Below, one piece after another: positions 36,627 through 44,999 of a DNA stretch of 45,740 nucleotides. The first letter of the stretch is position 1; each line of letters begins with the position of its first letter. A program made the translations under genes and the position numbers. The notes under the pieces are model-generated. The model was not told the origin of the DNA. It searched no databases and saw only the letters and a program-made list of their open reading frames with translations. The stretch spans positions 1 through 45,740 of the forward strand of contig CAZSRA010000007.1 of the NCBI GenBank assembly GCA_964609585.1, given 5' to 3'. This DNA is from an uncultured Candidatus Saccharimonadales bacterium. Lineage in GTDB: Bacteria > Patescibacteriota > Saccharimonadia > UBA4664.

Positions 36627-37050
36627 ATAGTCGCCATACGCATATCGCAAGTATCGTAAACGCCGCTAGACACAAAGTGGCCTGGCTAATAAATCCAAAG
36701 AGATTAAAAAACTTAGTGGTACAAACCACACTTACGCTACAAACTTTCGGCGCAATGTGAATGACATTCCAATGCACCAGCTGCTGGAAAAATGCTACCG
36801 GCAGTCCAATAGATACGAACGGGGTTATATAGCGCCATACCCCATGGTCCCGTGTGACCGCCCCCACACAAAGAATGAGAAAAACCCCAAACATCAGCAT
36901 GCGGTTGAGCCAACACAAACTAGCTGCAGGATGATGCAAAATCTCAATAAAATAAACACTAGCGGCCGAGGCCATAAGGGCGGTGGCCCAAGCTATATAA
37001 AATGATACAGCCAGCGGGCGTTGATATGGTTGAGTGGAGTTTTTAGTCAT
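36610..37050 (-). CDS. DsbB/BdbC-like disulfide bond formation protein (first CxxC cysteine absent)
   Basis: SVYFIEIL..PAASLCWLNRMLMF, SIGLPVAFFQ, CSVSVVC, FISQATLCLAAF. Confidence 0.75.
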   Translation of the reverse strand: MTKNSTQPYQRPLAVSFYIAWATALMASAASVYFIEILHHPAASLCWLNRMLMFGVFLILCVGAVTRDHGVWRYITPFVSIGLPVAFFQQLVHWNVIHIAPKVCSVSVVCTTKFFNLFGFISQATLCLAAFTILAICVWRLSKAHD

Positions 37051-37084
37051 GTCACTAACATAAGCACGGTCCAGAAGCACCGGC

Positions 37085-37100
37085 TGTGAGGCGGATCACA
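37085..37100. promoter_or_regulatory. CRP-type box shared by the divergent dsbB-like and heliorhodopsin promoters
   Basis: Perfect TGTGA-GGCGGA-TCACA; centre 41.5 bp from ATG 37134 and 42.5 bp from ATG 37050. Confidence 0.82.
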
Positions 37101-37133
37101 TAAAACACTTATGCTTATGTTATATTGCTCACT

Positions 37134-37901
37134 ATGAGCAAACCCATATCTACGACAAGTCTTCGCAAACTCAATGCCTTCATGGCGATCCTGCATGCTG
37201 CCCAAGCCATCGCTATTTTGCTTTTAGCAAAAGACTTTAAGCTCCCTCTCACCATTGCGTATTTGCAGTTTAACCCTGCTACCCGCGGTCTAGAGACTCA
37301 CATTCACACGCTGGGCCAAGTACCCCTCGCCGCGCTGATAGTCGCATTCTTTGCCCTCTCGGCTCTAGCGCATCTTTTTGTAGCCACCGTGTATCGTCGT
37401 CGATACGAGGCCGATTTAGCCCGTAGTATCAACTATATTCGCTGGATCGAATATTCTCTGTCGGCAAGCACCATGATGGTCGCGATCGCCATGCTTGTTG
37501 GCGTGTACGACGCGCCGTCTCTGGGTATGATCTTCGTCCTCACTGCCGGCATGAACCACATGGGGCTCATCATGGAAGTGCACAACCAAACTACGAAGCG
37601 CACAAATTGGCTCAGTTTTCGAATTGGAACCGTGCTCGGGGTAATGCCTTGGCTCGTTATCCTGGCCTACTTCCTCTCAAGCGCCGCCTATGGCTCTACG
37701 CCGCCCACCTTCGTCTACTGGATTTTCGTCTCCATTTTCATCTTTTTCAACTGCTTCGCCATCAACATGGTCCTGCAATACAAAAAAGTAGGTCCTTGGC
37801 GCGATTATCTCTACGGCGAGCGGGCTTACATTATCTTAAGTTTGGTTGCCAAATCGCTTCTAGCCTGGCAAGTCTTTGCCGGCACTCTCCGGCCAAATTA
37901 G
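37134..37901 (+). CDS. heR: Heliorhodopsin
   Basis: LHAAQAI, AHLF, NYIRWIEYSLSASTM, YGERAYIILSLVAKSLLAWQVF (retinal-binding Lys), 7 TM. Confidence 0.96.
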   Translation: MSKPISTTSLRKLNAFMAILHAAQAIAILLLAKDFKLPLTIAYLQFNPATRGLETHIHTLGQVPLAALIVAFFALSALAHLFVATVYRRRYEADLARSINYIRWIEYSLSASTMMVAIAMLVGVYDAPSLGMIFVLTAGMNHMGLIMEVHNQTTKRTNWLSFRIGTVLGVMPWLVILAYFLSSAAYGSTPPTFVYWIFVSIFIFFNCFAINMVLQYKKVGPWRDYLYGERAYIILSLVAKSLLAWQVFAGTLRPN

Positions 37902-37909
37902 CTTAAGAG

Positions 37910-38398
37910 CTAATTAGGATCTTTTTTCTCGGCGGGAGACACTCGGTCCATAACTATTGGCGCCAAGTAGTAAGCAGCCGCCCCTCCGGCCACCGCAAAA
38001 ACCAAGCTACCCAATACATCAATCGGTGAATGCACGTGTGCCAAAATACGAGCCACTCCGACCACCGCCGCCAGCGCAAATAGCCCCATCCCTAAGCGCT
38101 TAGACGCAAAGAAAATCGTAACTGCAATCGTTGCCGCAAACACCGTATGGTCCGACGGAAAGCCATTATCAGCCGCATGAGGTAGTAATGGCGTAAGATG
38201 GTGCGTTACAAACGGCCGCGGATCGTAAAACAATGCACCCCCGATCTTCGTCAGGGCAAAGGCCACTATCGCCGTTACCGCCCCTACAACTGCAATTCGG
38301 ATTTTTTGCAATTTCGGTAAGGTTAGCCAATAAACAAGCGCGATCAGGCCGACAAAGAACACCAGATATTTAGCGCAGAGAATAATAAGTAGATTCAT
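37910..38398 (-). CDS. PAP2-family phosphatase (undecaprenyl-pyrophosphate phosphatase BcrC-like)
   Basis: YDPRPF, GFPSDHT, ARILAHVHSPIDVLG; start reassigned to MNLLIILC. Confidence 0.9.
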   Translation of the reverse strand: MNLLIILCAKYLVFFVGLIALVYWLTLPKLQKIRIAVVGAVTAIVAFALTKIGGALFYDPRPFVTHHLTPLLPHAADNGFPSDHTVFAATIAVTIFFASKRLGMGLFALAAVVGVARILAHVHSPIDVLGSLVFAVAGGAAAYYLAPIVMDRVSPAEKKDPN

Positions 38399-38501
38399 TC
38401 CCTTAAGTATAGCATCGCCGCTCATAGTCCTCATAGCAAAAAGCTTATGATCTAGACCCCTCGGATGGTATATTAGTAGCAATTGATTACGAGGCACGAA
38501 T

Positions 38502-39038
38502 ATGGCGGCAGGCGAAGGTGGTCCAAGCGGCCCCGAGAATGACTTAAATACCGGAGAGATCGTAGGCTCTCTAGACGAGGCGCCCTCAGAAGAAAGACAT
38601 AGAGCAGTGGAGGCGGCAGGGCAAATCAGTAGCTCCCCAGAAGCCAGTCAAGCAGCCGCAGCAGATGCCGCTCAAAGAAGGGCTGAAGTTGAGCAGCGAG
38701 CCTCAGATAATGCCGAGGACGCCAGACGTTTGATAACAGAAGCTATACCGAACGCGCAGTCTGACCCAGCAACTCTCCCAGCTCAGCCAGAGTACCCAAA
38801 TCCAACGCGCGAAACTGCACCTATGCCATCGAACCCTGATATGCCACCAGTCGCCGCGAGCAATAGCTCTGACACCTGGCTAACAAGAATGTCCGATAAA
38901 ATAAAAGGTTCATGGATCGCAATGGGAATCAACCGCAAGGCCAGAAAGACGGAGAACCAGCGATACAAAGAAGCTCTATATTCTCGTAATCTCCCGCTCG
39001 CCGACGCTGAGCACCCAAAGGATCTCGTTCAAAAATAA
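38502..39038 (+). CDS. Hypothetical low-complexity protein
   Basis: 178-aa Ala/Glu/Pro-rich ORF, GAGG upstream; no family recognised. Confidence 0.55.
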   Translation: MAAGEGGPSGPENDLNTGEIVGSLDEAPSEERHRAVEAAGQISSSPEASQAAAADAAQRRAEVEQRASDNAEDARRLITEAIPNAQSDPATLPAQPEYPNPTRETAPMPSNPDMPPVAASNSSDTWLTRMSDKIKGSWIAMGINRKARKTENQRYKEALYSRNLPLADAEHPKDLVQK

Positions 39039-39058
39039 CGTTAGTTCAAAATAAGAGC

Positions 39059-39085
39059 AGCCCCCCGCGAACATCGCGGGGGGCT
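39059..39085. terminator. GC-rich hairpin terminator between convergent genes
   Basis: AGCCCCCCGCGA-ACA-TCGCGGGGGGCT. Confidence 0.75.
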
Positions 39086-39151
39086 TTGGGCTGGGGGACT
39101 TGCCACCACATCCGACGACCAGACCGAGGTGGGTCGAAGGCCGAGACGAGG

Positions 39152-39355
39152 TCAGCGACTCAGAAGCTGATCCGAGAAGTCGTGTACTTCGAGAGCCACT
39201 TTGGCCAGGCCGTCGTTGTACTTCTTGCCGTGGTGGGCGCAGAACAGTAGCTCGCCGCCTTCGAGGACGACTCGGATGTAGGCAGAGGCGCCGCACCGGT
39301 CGCAGCGGTCAACGGCCTTCAGGGGCTCGGCCTCGATTTGGGTGGAATTCGTCAC
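39152..39355 (-). CDS. Small Cys/His (probable Zn-binding) protein of an actinobacterial family (DUF7455-like)
   Basis: DRCDRCGASAYIRVVLEGGELLFCAHHGKK; GTG start after GAAGGAGAGTACC; family recalled from memory. Confidence 0.8.
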   Translation of the reverse strand: MTNSTQIEAEPLKAVDRCDRCGASAYIRVVLEGGELLFCAHHGKKYNDGLAKVALEVHDFSDQLLSR

Positions 39356-39417
39356 GGTACTCTCCTTCGGGGCTCGCACGGTAGCTGCAGGCGGCTGCTT
39401 GCAACAAGGTCCTCGGG

Positions 39418-39705
39418 TCAGGCGCCGATGCCGTCAGCCAGCACGGCATCGATCTGCGCTTTCACGCGATCTGCATCCTCGCCGGCTTTCGCCGAACTGG
39501 GGTTTAGCGAGGGGATCTCATCGATCGGCTCAGGCTCTCCACCTCCGCCACTCCGCTGGGCCCGCGGCTGGACGTGTCGTTGCGGTCTGGCGGGCGTTTT
39601 GGGTTGAGCGTGAGCTGCCAGCGTTACCACGATCAATCCCTCCAAAGCTAGTACTCGGACATTCAGGCCGTACGGGGCCAGCCCTTTTTGCAAAAGACTA
39701 GTCAT
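39418..39705 (-). CDS. Hypothetical protein
   Basis: 95-aa ORF with one hydrophobic stretch, co-oriented with the downstream Zn-finger gene. Confidence 0.45.
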   Translation of the reverse strand: MTSLLQKGLAPYGLNVRVLALEGLIVVTLAAHAQPKTPARPQRHVQPRAQRSGGGGEPEPIDEIPSLNPSSAKAGEDADRVKAQIDAVLADGIGA

Positions 39706-39927
39706 CTAGGGCTTAGAACAAAAAATCGACGCACCTATTCACAGCATTACGCTAGGAATAGAGTCGTCGTTCATTCGAACTTGCCCTTTTCTTTCCACAC
39801 AAGACTAAGCCTACAGTCTTTTTAGAAGAACAAGCTTAGTGCTTAATTACAATATAAATCTAATACAGTTGGAAGTCAAACTGTAATATAAGCCAATGAA
39901 TCTCAAAGTATAAACGAATCCGGACGC

Positions 39928-39959
39928 CTCCAAGGGCGGGCGAGTGCCCGTCCTTGGAG
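39928..39959. terminator. Strong 14-bp hairpin downstream of the anti-sigma-like gene
   Basis: CTCCAAGGGCGGGC-GAGT-GCCCGTCCTTGGAG (one G-U); no clear U-tract. Confidence 0.6.
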
Positions 39960-39991
39960 TGAACTCATCGTGCCTATGGCGGGGCACGACT

Positions 39992-40558
39992 TCAGCGTTG
40001 GTCGGTTGGCATCCGTACAGTGCCCTTGACGAATGTCCAGAGCCACCAGCGCCTGATAGAGAAGCTTGTACACAGCGCGTGCGCGATTTCCAGACCACGG
40101 CCGCGCACGGGCAAACTCTCGATCTTCACCTCAACGCCATCGACCTCAACGAACCCAAGCCCTTCGAGCCCCTCAAGGTCAGCGTCGGGGTCTTCGACCG
40201 TAGTCGCACTCGAGTGACTATGTAGGGAGCTGGATGCGTTTCGAACCTTGAAGATAACACTGCGCCCTCGCCGCCGAATGGTCAGTTTCACGGGAGTACC
40301 TCTCCTGTGACGGCCAAGCTTCATAGTGGCGTCAGTGCCGTTGGCTACAACCTCCGAGATGAGCAGAACAAGATCACCTAGCAATCGCTTGGCATCAGCC
40401 GGCGTTCCAAATGGATCTTCGACGTTCCATCCATCTAGTACGCTCTCGGCGCACCCACGCGAGACTCTCGCACTCGCATGCTGAGGGGCCAGCTTGATCA
40501 TGATCTTGCGACTACTCTGGGGGCGGTGCGGGGGTCTCAAGACTGGTCCCTGCATCAT
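39992..40558 (-). CDS. HATPase_c-type ATP-binding protein (RsbW/anti-sigma kinase-like, actinobacterial style)
   Basis: LAPQHASARVSRG, LVLLISEVVANG, VIFKVRN, GRGLEIAHAL; SD GAGGTG. Confidence 0.7.
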   Translation of the reverse strand: MMQGPVLRPPHRPQSSRKIMIKLAPQHASARVSRGCAESVLDGWNVEDPFGTPADAKRLLGDLVLLISEVVANGTDATMKLGRHRRGTPVKLTIRRRGRSVIFKVRNASSSLHSHSSATTVEDPDADLEGLEGLGFVEVDGVEVKIESLPVRGRGLEIAHALCTSFSIRRWWLWTFVKGTVRMPTDQR

Positions 40559-40723
40559 TTCACCTCATCCCTAGGTAAACCGGGTTGCTTGTAGTGTCTT
40601 CACTACACGAGTACACATAATCCCACTTTGGGCAAACAAAGTCAAATTGATCGCCAGTCAAAAAAACACCTTATTCGCGCTAACGCTTTGCCCCAGGCTC
40701 GCTACGTGCTAACCTAGTACTCT

Positions 40724-42004
40724 ATGGAAACGAAGATCACCCAAACCACCGATACCGAAGTTCAGTTCACCGTTACCCTCGATGAAAATGAACTCAAGCA
40801 CATAAAGGCTGAAGTATTTGACCACCTCCGCGGTCGTGTCAAAGCTGCCGGCTTCCGTCCTGGCAAAGCCCCAGACATGATCGTTGAACGCGAGCTCGGC
40901 TCACCGGCCGTCCAAAACGACGTCATCGACCACGCCATCCAACACACCTATACTCAGGCTGTAAAAAAACTGAACCTCCAAATCGTTGCCTCTCCAAAGG
41001 TATCGCTTGAGAAATTCGTCCCCTACACTCAACTTGAGTACAAAGTAGTAGCCGAACTCATGCCCAAAGTAAAGCTTGCCGACTACGCCAAAATGCGCCT
41101 CAAGCGCCCAGATACGAAGGTTGAGGCTGCCGAAATCGATGCCGCTATTGATGATCTCCGTCGACGGGAGGCTACCAAACTCGAGAGCGAGCAGCCCGCG
41201 AAAAATGGCGATGAAGTAACCTTCGACTTTGACGGCACCAAGGACGGTAAAGCCGTTTCCGGCGCTTCGGCCAAAGGCCATGTCCTCACCCTCGGCTCAG
41301 GTCAGTTTATTCCTGGTTTTGAAGATGAAATTGTTGGTCTTACCGCCGGCGACGAAAAAACCTTCGACATCCGTTTCCCCAAAAACTATCACGAAAAAAC
41401 CCTCGCCGACCAAGTTGTTACGTTCAAAATTAAGCTCAACGCCGTAACCGACATCGTCCTCCCGGAGTTAGCGGCTGATTTCGTCGCTAAAGTAAGCCCC
41501 TTTAAGACCGTCAAAGAGCTAAAGGCCGACATTGAAGCTAAGCTTGCTGGCGAAAAAAAGGAAGCCGCCTCGCGTCAGTACGAGCAAGAAGTGCTCGATA
41601 AGCTTCTAAAGGACAGCGAGTTTAAGGTCCCCGAGGCGCTAGTAACCCAGCAGCTTGAACGCATGCGCGGCGAACTCGAGCAAAATCTAGCCTCCAGTGG
41701 TCTCGATCTTCCCAAATACCTTGATCTCGCTGGCCGCACCCAGGAACAAATGGACGCCGAAATGCGGCCCGAAGCCGAGCGCCGTGTTGGTCTTGCCATG
41801 ATTCTCACCGAAGTCGCAACTGCTGAAAAACTCAGTATCACCCCAGACGAGCTCAATGCTGAAATCAATCGTCTCAAGCAAGATTACCCCGATCCCGGGA
41901 CGCAGGCCGAACTGGACAATCCCACAACTCGCGAAGAAATCTACAACCACCTCATGGCCTCGCGTGTCATCGCCAAGCTCGTCGCATACGCCGAAGCCAG
42001 ATAG
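40724..42004 (+). CDS. tig: Trigger factor
   Basis: GFRPGKAP, FKBP domain (VTFDFDG, LGSGQFIPGFEDEIVG, FPKNYH). Confidence 0.97.
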   Translation: METKITQTTDTEVQFTVTLDENELKHIKAEVFDHLRGRVKAAGFRPGKAPDMIVERELGSPAVQNDVIDHAIQHTYTQAVKKLNLQIVASPKVSLEKFVPYTQLEYKVVAELMPKVKLADYAKMRLKRPDTKVEAAEIDAAIDDLRRREATKLESEQPAKNGDEVTFDFDGTKDGKAVSGASAKGHVLTLGSGQFIPGFEDEIVGLTAGDEKTFDIRFPKNYHEKTLADQVVTFKIKLNAVTDIVLPELAADFVAKVSPFKTVKELKADIEAKLAGEKKEAASRQYEQEVLDKLLKDSEFKVPEALVTQQLERMRGELEQNLASSGLDLPKYLDLAGRTQEQMDAEMRPEAERRVGLAMILTEVATAEKLSITPDELNAEINRLKQDYPDPGTQAELDNPTTREEIYNHLMASRVIAKLVAYAEAR

Positions 42005-42010
42005 CTACCG

Positions 42011-42037
42011 CTAGCACTCAAAGCAGGTGAGTGCTAA
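42011..42037. promoter_or_regulatory. CIRCE element (HrcA operator) upstream of clpP
   Basis: CTAGCACTC-N9-GAGTGCTAA; right arm overlaps extended -10 TGCTAAAAT. Confidence 0.9.
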
Positions 42038-42061
42038 AATGCACAAAAAGGAGGCTATTAA

Positions 42062-42658
42062 ATGAAGCCAGTTAATTCATCAATTTTGATCCCCACCGTT
42101 ATCGAAAAAACCTCTGGGGGCGAACGCGCCTACGATATTTATTCGCGCTTGCTCAAAGAACGCATTATCTTTCTTGGTACCGGTATCGATGATACCGTGG
42201 CCAACCTCGTAGTGGCGCAGTTGCTCTTTCTCGAAAGCGACGATGCCACCAAGGACATCAAGCTCTACATCAACTCTCCTGGTGGCCAAGTTTACTCAGG
42301 CCTCGCTATCGTCGATACGATGAATCTCATTAAACCTCACGTGTCTACGATTGTGGTTGGTATGGCTGCTTCAATGGCCGCAATCATTGCCAGCCAGGGC
42401 GAAAAAGGCAAGCGTTTTGCCCTACCAAATGCTAAGATTATGATGCATCAACCGTCATCGGGCTTTGAAGGCACTTCAGCCGATATCGAAATCTCGGCTC
42501 GTGAGGTCCTGAGTCTCCGGCGCCGCATCGACGAAATGCTTGCCGCGGCCACCGGACACAGTGTTGAAAAAATCAATCACGACACCGACCGCGATTACTG
42601 GCTCACTGCCCCCGATGCCGCCAGCTACGGAGTGATCGACAGCGTCATTACGAAGTAA
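42062..42658 (+). CDS. clpP: ATP-dependent Clp protease proteolytic subunit
   Basis: [30 protein letters not shown] (Ser), MMHQP (His), DTDRD. Confidence 0.98.
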   Translation: MKPVNSSILIPTVIEKTSGGERAYDIYSRLLKERIIFLGTGIDDTVANLVVAQLLFLESDDATKDIKLYINSPGGQVYSGLAIVDTMNLIKPHVSTIVVGMAASMAAIIASQGEKGKRFALPNAKIMMHQPSSGFEGTSADIEISAREVLSLRRRIDEMLAAATGHSVEKINHDTDRDYWLTAPDAASYGVIDSVITK

Positions 42659-42678
42659 ACAAAACAAGGAACCCCTGC

Positions 42679-43968
42679 GTGAAGCGGCGCCCCCAGATCC
42701 CACTTGAATTCACCGAAGACGTCTCCATCGTCCGCAACACCGATTTCAACCGGCTCTGGGGTGCGCAGATCCTTTCGCAGATCGCTCAAAACCTCCTAAA
42801 CTTCGCGCTCATCATTCGCGTTTTCCAGCTCGCTCAGGGCACCCGTCTCGCGAACGTTTCGGTGGCGCTCCTCATCTTAAGTTTTGGCATCCCCTCAATT
42901 TTTTTCGCCGCTGCCGCTGGGGTCTATGTAGACCATTGGAACAAAAAACACGTACTCGTAGTGGTAAATTTCCTCCGCGCCGTTCTCGTACTCGGATATC
43001 TGGCGTTCGAGCACAATTTGCTCATGGTCTTACTACTTAGCTTCATTATGAGCTCAGCTACCCAGTTTTTTACACCCGCAGAAGCCGCTAGCATCCCGGC
43101 GCTTGTCTCCAAAAGCCAGCTTCTTCGCGCCAACTCGCTCTTTGTATTCACCCTCTACGCATCATTCATTGTCGGTTATTCATCCTCGGCGCCCGTACTA
43201 GCGGCCTTTGGCGCCGCCGGACCCTACGTGCTCACCGCGCTCATGTTTGCGCTTGCCGGCACGCTCGTTTCGTTCCTACCAAACATCCATGTTCGGCAGT
43301 CCAATGCTATGCCGTTTCGTCGCCTCATACGCTACACCGGGCAGGAAATTTTAGCCAACTGGCGACTCATTCGCACAAATCACAATCTATCTTTTCCCAT
43401 AACTCAGCTCACCATAACCCAGTCGAGCTTAAGTGTGGTGCTGGCGCTCGCTCCAGCGCTATCCATTGCCATCCTGGGGATTCCCATTCAGCATTCGTCG
43501 CACTACCTCATTTTCCCGGCGGGTATCGGCATGATTATAGGTGTGGTATTTATTGACCGCCTCACAAAAAAGATTCCGCGGATTCGACTCATCGCCACTG
43601 GCTTTCTCGTAGGTGCCACATCGTTAATGCTGCTTGGCCTCACCAGTCATCTCCACGGCGACCATGCCAGGAGTGCGGTTGGCCTACTGGTGGCCATCAT
43701 TAGTTTCGTCCTCGGTTTCACAAACGCGGTAGTGTCGGTTGCCGCTCAAACCATCCTCCAGGAGCACACCGACGAATCGAGCCGGGGCAAAGTCTTCGGT
43801 GCTCTTGGGATGATGTCAAACATTGCCGCCACCTTGCCGATCTTTTTCGCTGGCATCTTAGCCGATCTAGCCGGAGTCTCGGTAGTCATTTCGATACTCG
43901 GAGCGCTACTACTCGCGTTTGCGCTTTTTCAATATATGCGGCTCCAGCGCGACGGCAAACTTTCTTAA
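42679..43968 (+). CDS. MFS transporter (H+ antiporter / macrolide-efflux-like)
   Basis: 12 TM, AGVYVDHWNKK motif A, FFTPAEAASIPALV, ILQEHTDESSRGKVFG. Confidence 0.9.
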   Translation: MKRRPQIPLEFTEDVSIVRNTDFNRLWGAQILSQIAQNLLNFALIIRVFQLAQGTRLANVSVALLILSFGIPSIFFAAAAGVYVDHWNKKHVLVVVNFLRAVLVLGYLAFEHNLLMVLLLSFIMSSATQFFTPAEAASIPALVSKSQLLRANSLFVFTLYASFIVGYSSSAPVLAAFGAAGPYVLTALMFALAGTLVSFLPNIHVRQSNAMPFRRLIRYTGQEILANWRLIRTNHNLSFPITQLTITQSSLSVVLALAPALSIAILGIPIQHSSHYLIFPAGIGMIIGVVFIDRLTKKIPRIRLIATGFLVGATSLMLLGLTSHLHGDHARSAVGLLVAIISFVLGFTNAVVSVAAQTILQEHTDESSRGKVFGALGMMSNIAATLPIFFAGILADLAGVSVVISILGALLLAFALFQYMRLQRDGKLS

Positions 43969-44096
43969 GTCATTCGAACTAGTCCATGGGATCGCTGGCT
44001 GGTCCAGTACAACTGATGCTATTGAAACGTAGATAAATGGGCAGAAATCCAAAGAAGTACCTACGGCCTAGGTTAGGGACTCAAGATATTTAGGTG

Positions 44097-44125
44097 TTGA
44101 CTTAATTAAGGGATTACCTTATTAT
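44097..44125 (+). promoter_or_regulatory. arsR promoter with overlapping inverted repeat (probable operator)
   Basis: TTGACT-N17-TATTAT, 6 nt before ATG; TAAGG-N5-CCTTA between the hexamers. Confidence 0.65.
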
Positions 44126-44131
44126 CTCAGT

Positions 44132-44428
44132 ATGGACACATTCGCAGCTCTCGCTGATCCAACTCGCCGTAACATTTTCGAATACATTGTTCGTGGTGAA
44201 ACATCGGTAAGTGAGATCGTGGAGCGGTTTTCATTTAAGGCACCAACGATCTCGCAACACCTCAAGATATTGAAGGAAGTCGGCCTCGTGCAATCGCGCG
44301 CAGATAAACAGAAGCGTTTGTATACCGTACGAGCGGATGGCTTAGCCGAAGTGGAAAGTTGGGTTCAACTACAACAAATGGTTATGTCTGAGCGCTTAGA
44401 CGCCTTAGAGAGACACCTAATAAAGTAA
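44132..44428 (+). CDS. ArsR/SmtB-family regulator
   Basis: FAALADPTRRNI, PTISQHLKILKEVGLV. Confidence 0.93.
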   Translation: MDTFAALADPTRRNIFEYIVRGETSVSEIVERFSFKAPTISQHLKILKEVGLVQSRADKQKRLYTVRADGLAEVESWVQLQQMVMSERLDALERHLIK

Positions 44429-44445
44429 ATAAAGGAGAAGATAGA

Positions 44446-44961
44446 ATGAATCAAGATATGCAAACAGGTACAGTCGAGACAGCAGATGGGCTTGCAACAC
44501 TTACCTTTAAGCGGTTCCTTCCACGTACTACAGATATCGTGTGGCAGGCTTTAACCGATCCAGAGCAATTCGGAAAATGGTATAACGCCGAAGCAAAAAT
44601 TGACCCGAAAATGGGTGGGATATTTACCGTCCACTCAGGTCCCTTTATTTGGCACGGACCAATTACCGTCTGGGACCCACCTAAACAGTTTCAGTATGAG
44701 CACAATCACGAGCCAGTTCCCCAGATGCCAGATGGAGCGCAAACAGTCGTAACCTGGACCTTGGAGCCGAAGGATAACGGCACCGAACTGACATTCACCC
44801 AGAGCGGCTTGACTTCTACTGCCGGTGTTAGTGCTGGCACCCATGTTATTCTTGATCGGTTTGCTGCCTTTATGGAAGGTAAGGCAATGCCTGATTTCGG
44901 TAGCCGGTTCGGTGAAGTAGAACATTTATATCCGCTATGGACGGCTCCAGGTAATAAGTAG
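44446..44961 (+). CDS. SRPBCC/AHSA1 domain protein
   Basis: VWQALTDPEQFGKW, WDPPKQFQYE, VTWTLEPKDNGTELTFTQ. Confidence 0.88.
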   Translation: MNQDMQTGTVETADGLATLTFKRFLPRTTDIVWQALTDPEQFGKWYNAEAKIDPKMGGIFTVHSGPFIWHGPITVWDPPKQFQYEHNHEPVPQMPDGAQTVVTWTLEPKDNGTELTFTQSGLTSTAGVSAGTHVILDRFAAFMEGKAMPDFGSRFGEVEHLYPLWTAPGNK

Positions 44962-44999
44962 AGGCCATAGACGTACAGAAGGTTAAATGAGGATATAAC

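Noticed and set aside
40640-40662. CtsR heptad repeats (AGTCAAA x2) upstream of tig
   Set aside because: Spacer is 9 nt rather than 3; on the minus strand these read TTGACT, plausible -35 elements.
23480-40700. Duplicated tRNA-Leu 3' end (attR) closing an integrated element
   Set aside because: No second copy of GGTTCAAGTCCTTTCATCCGCACCA was seen, and no integrase is present.
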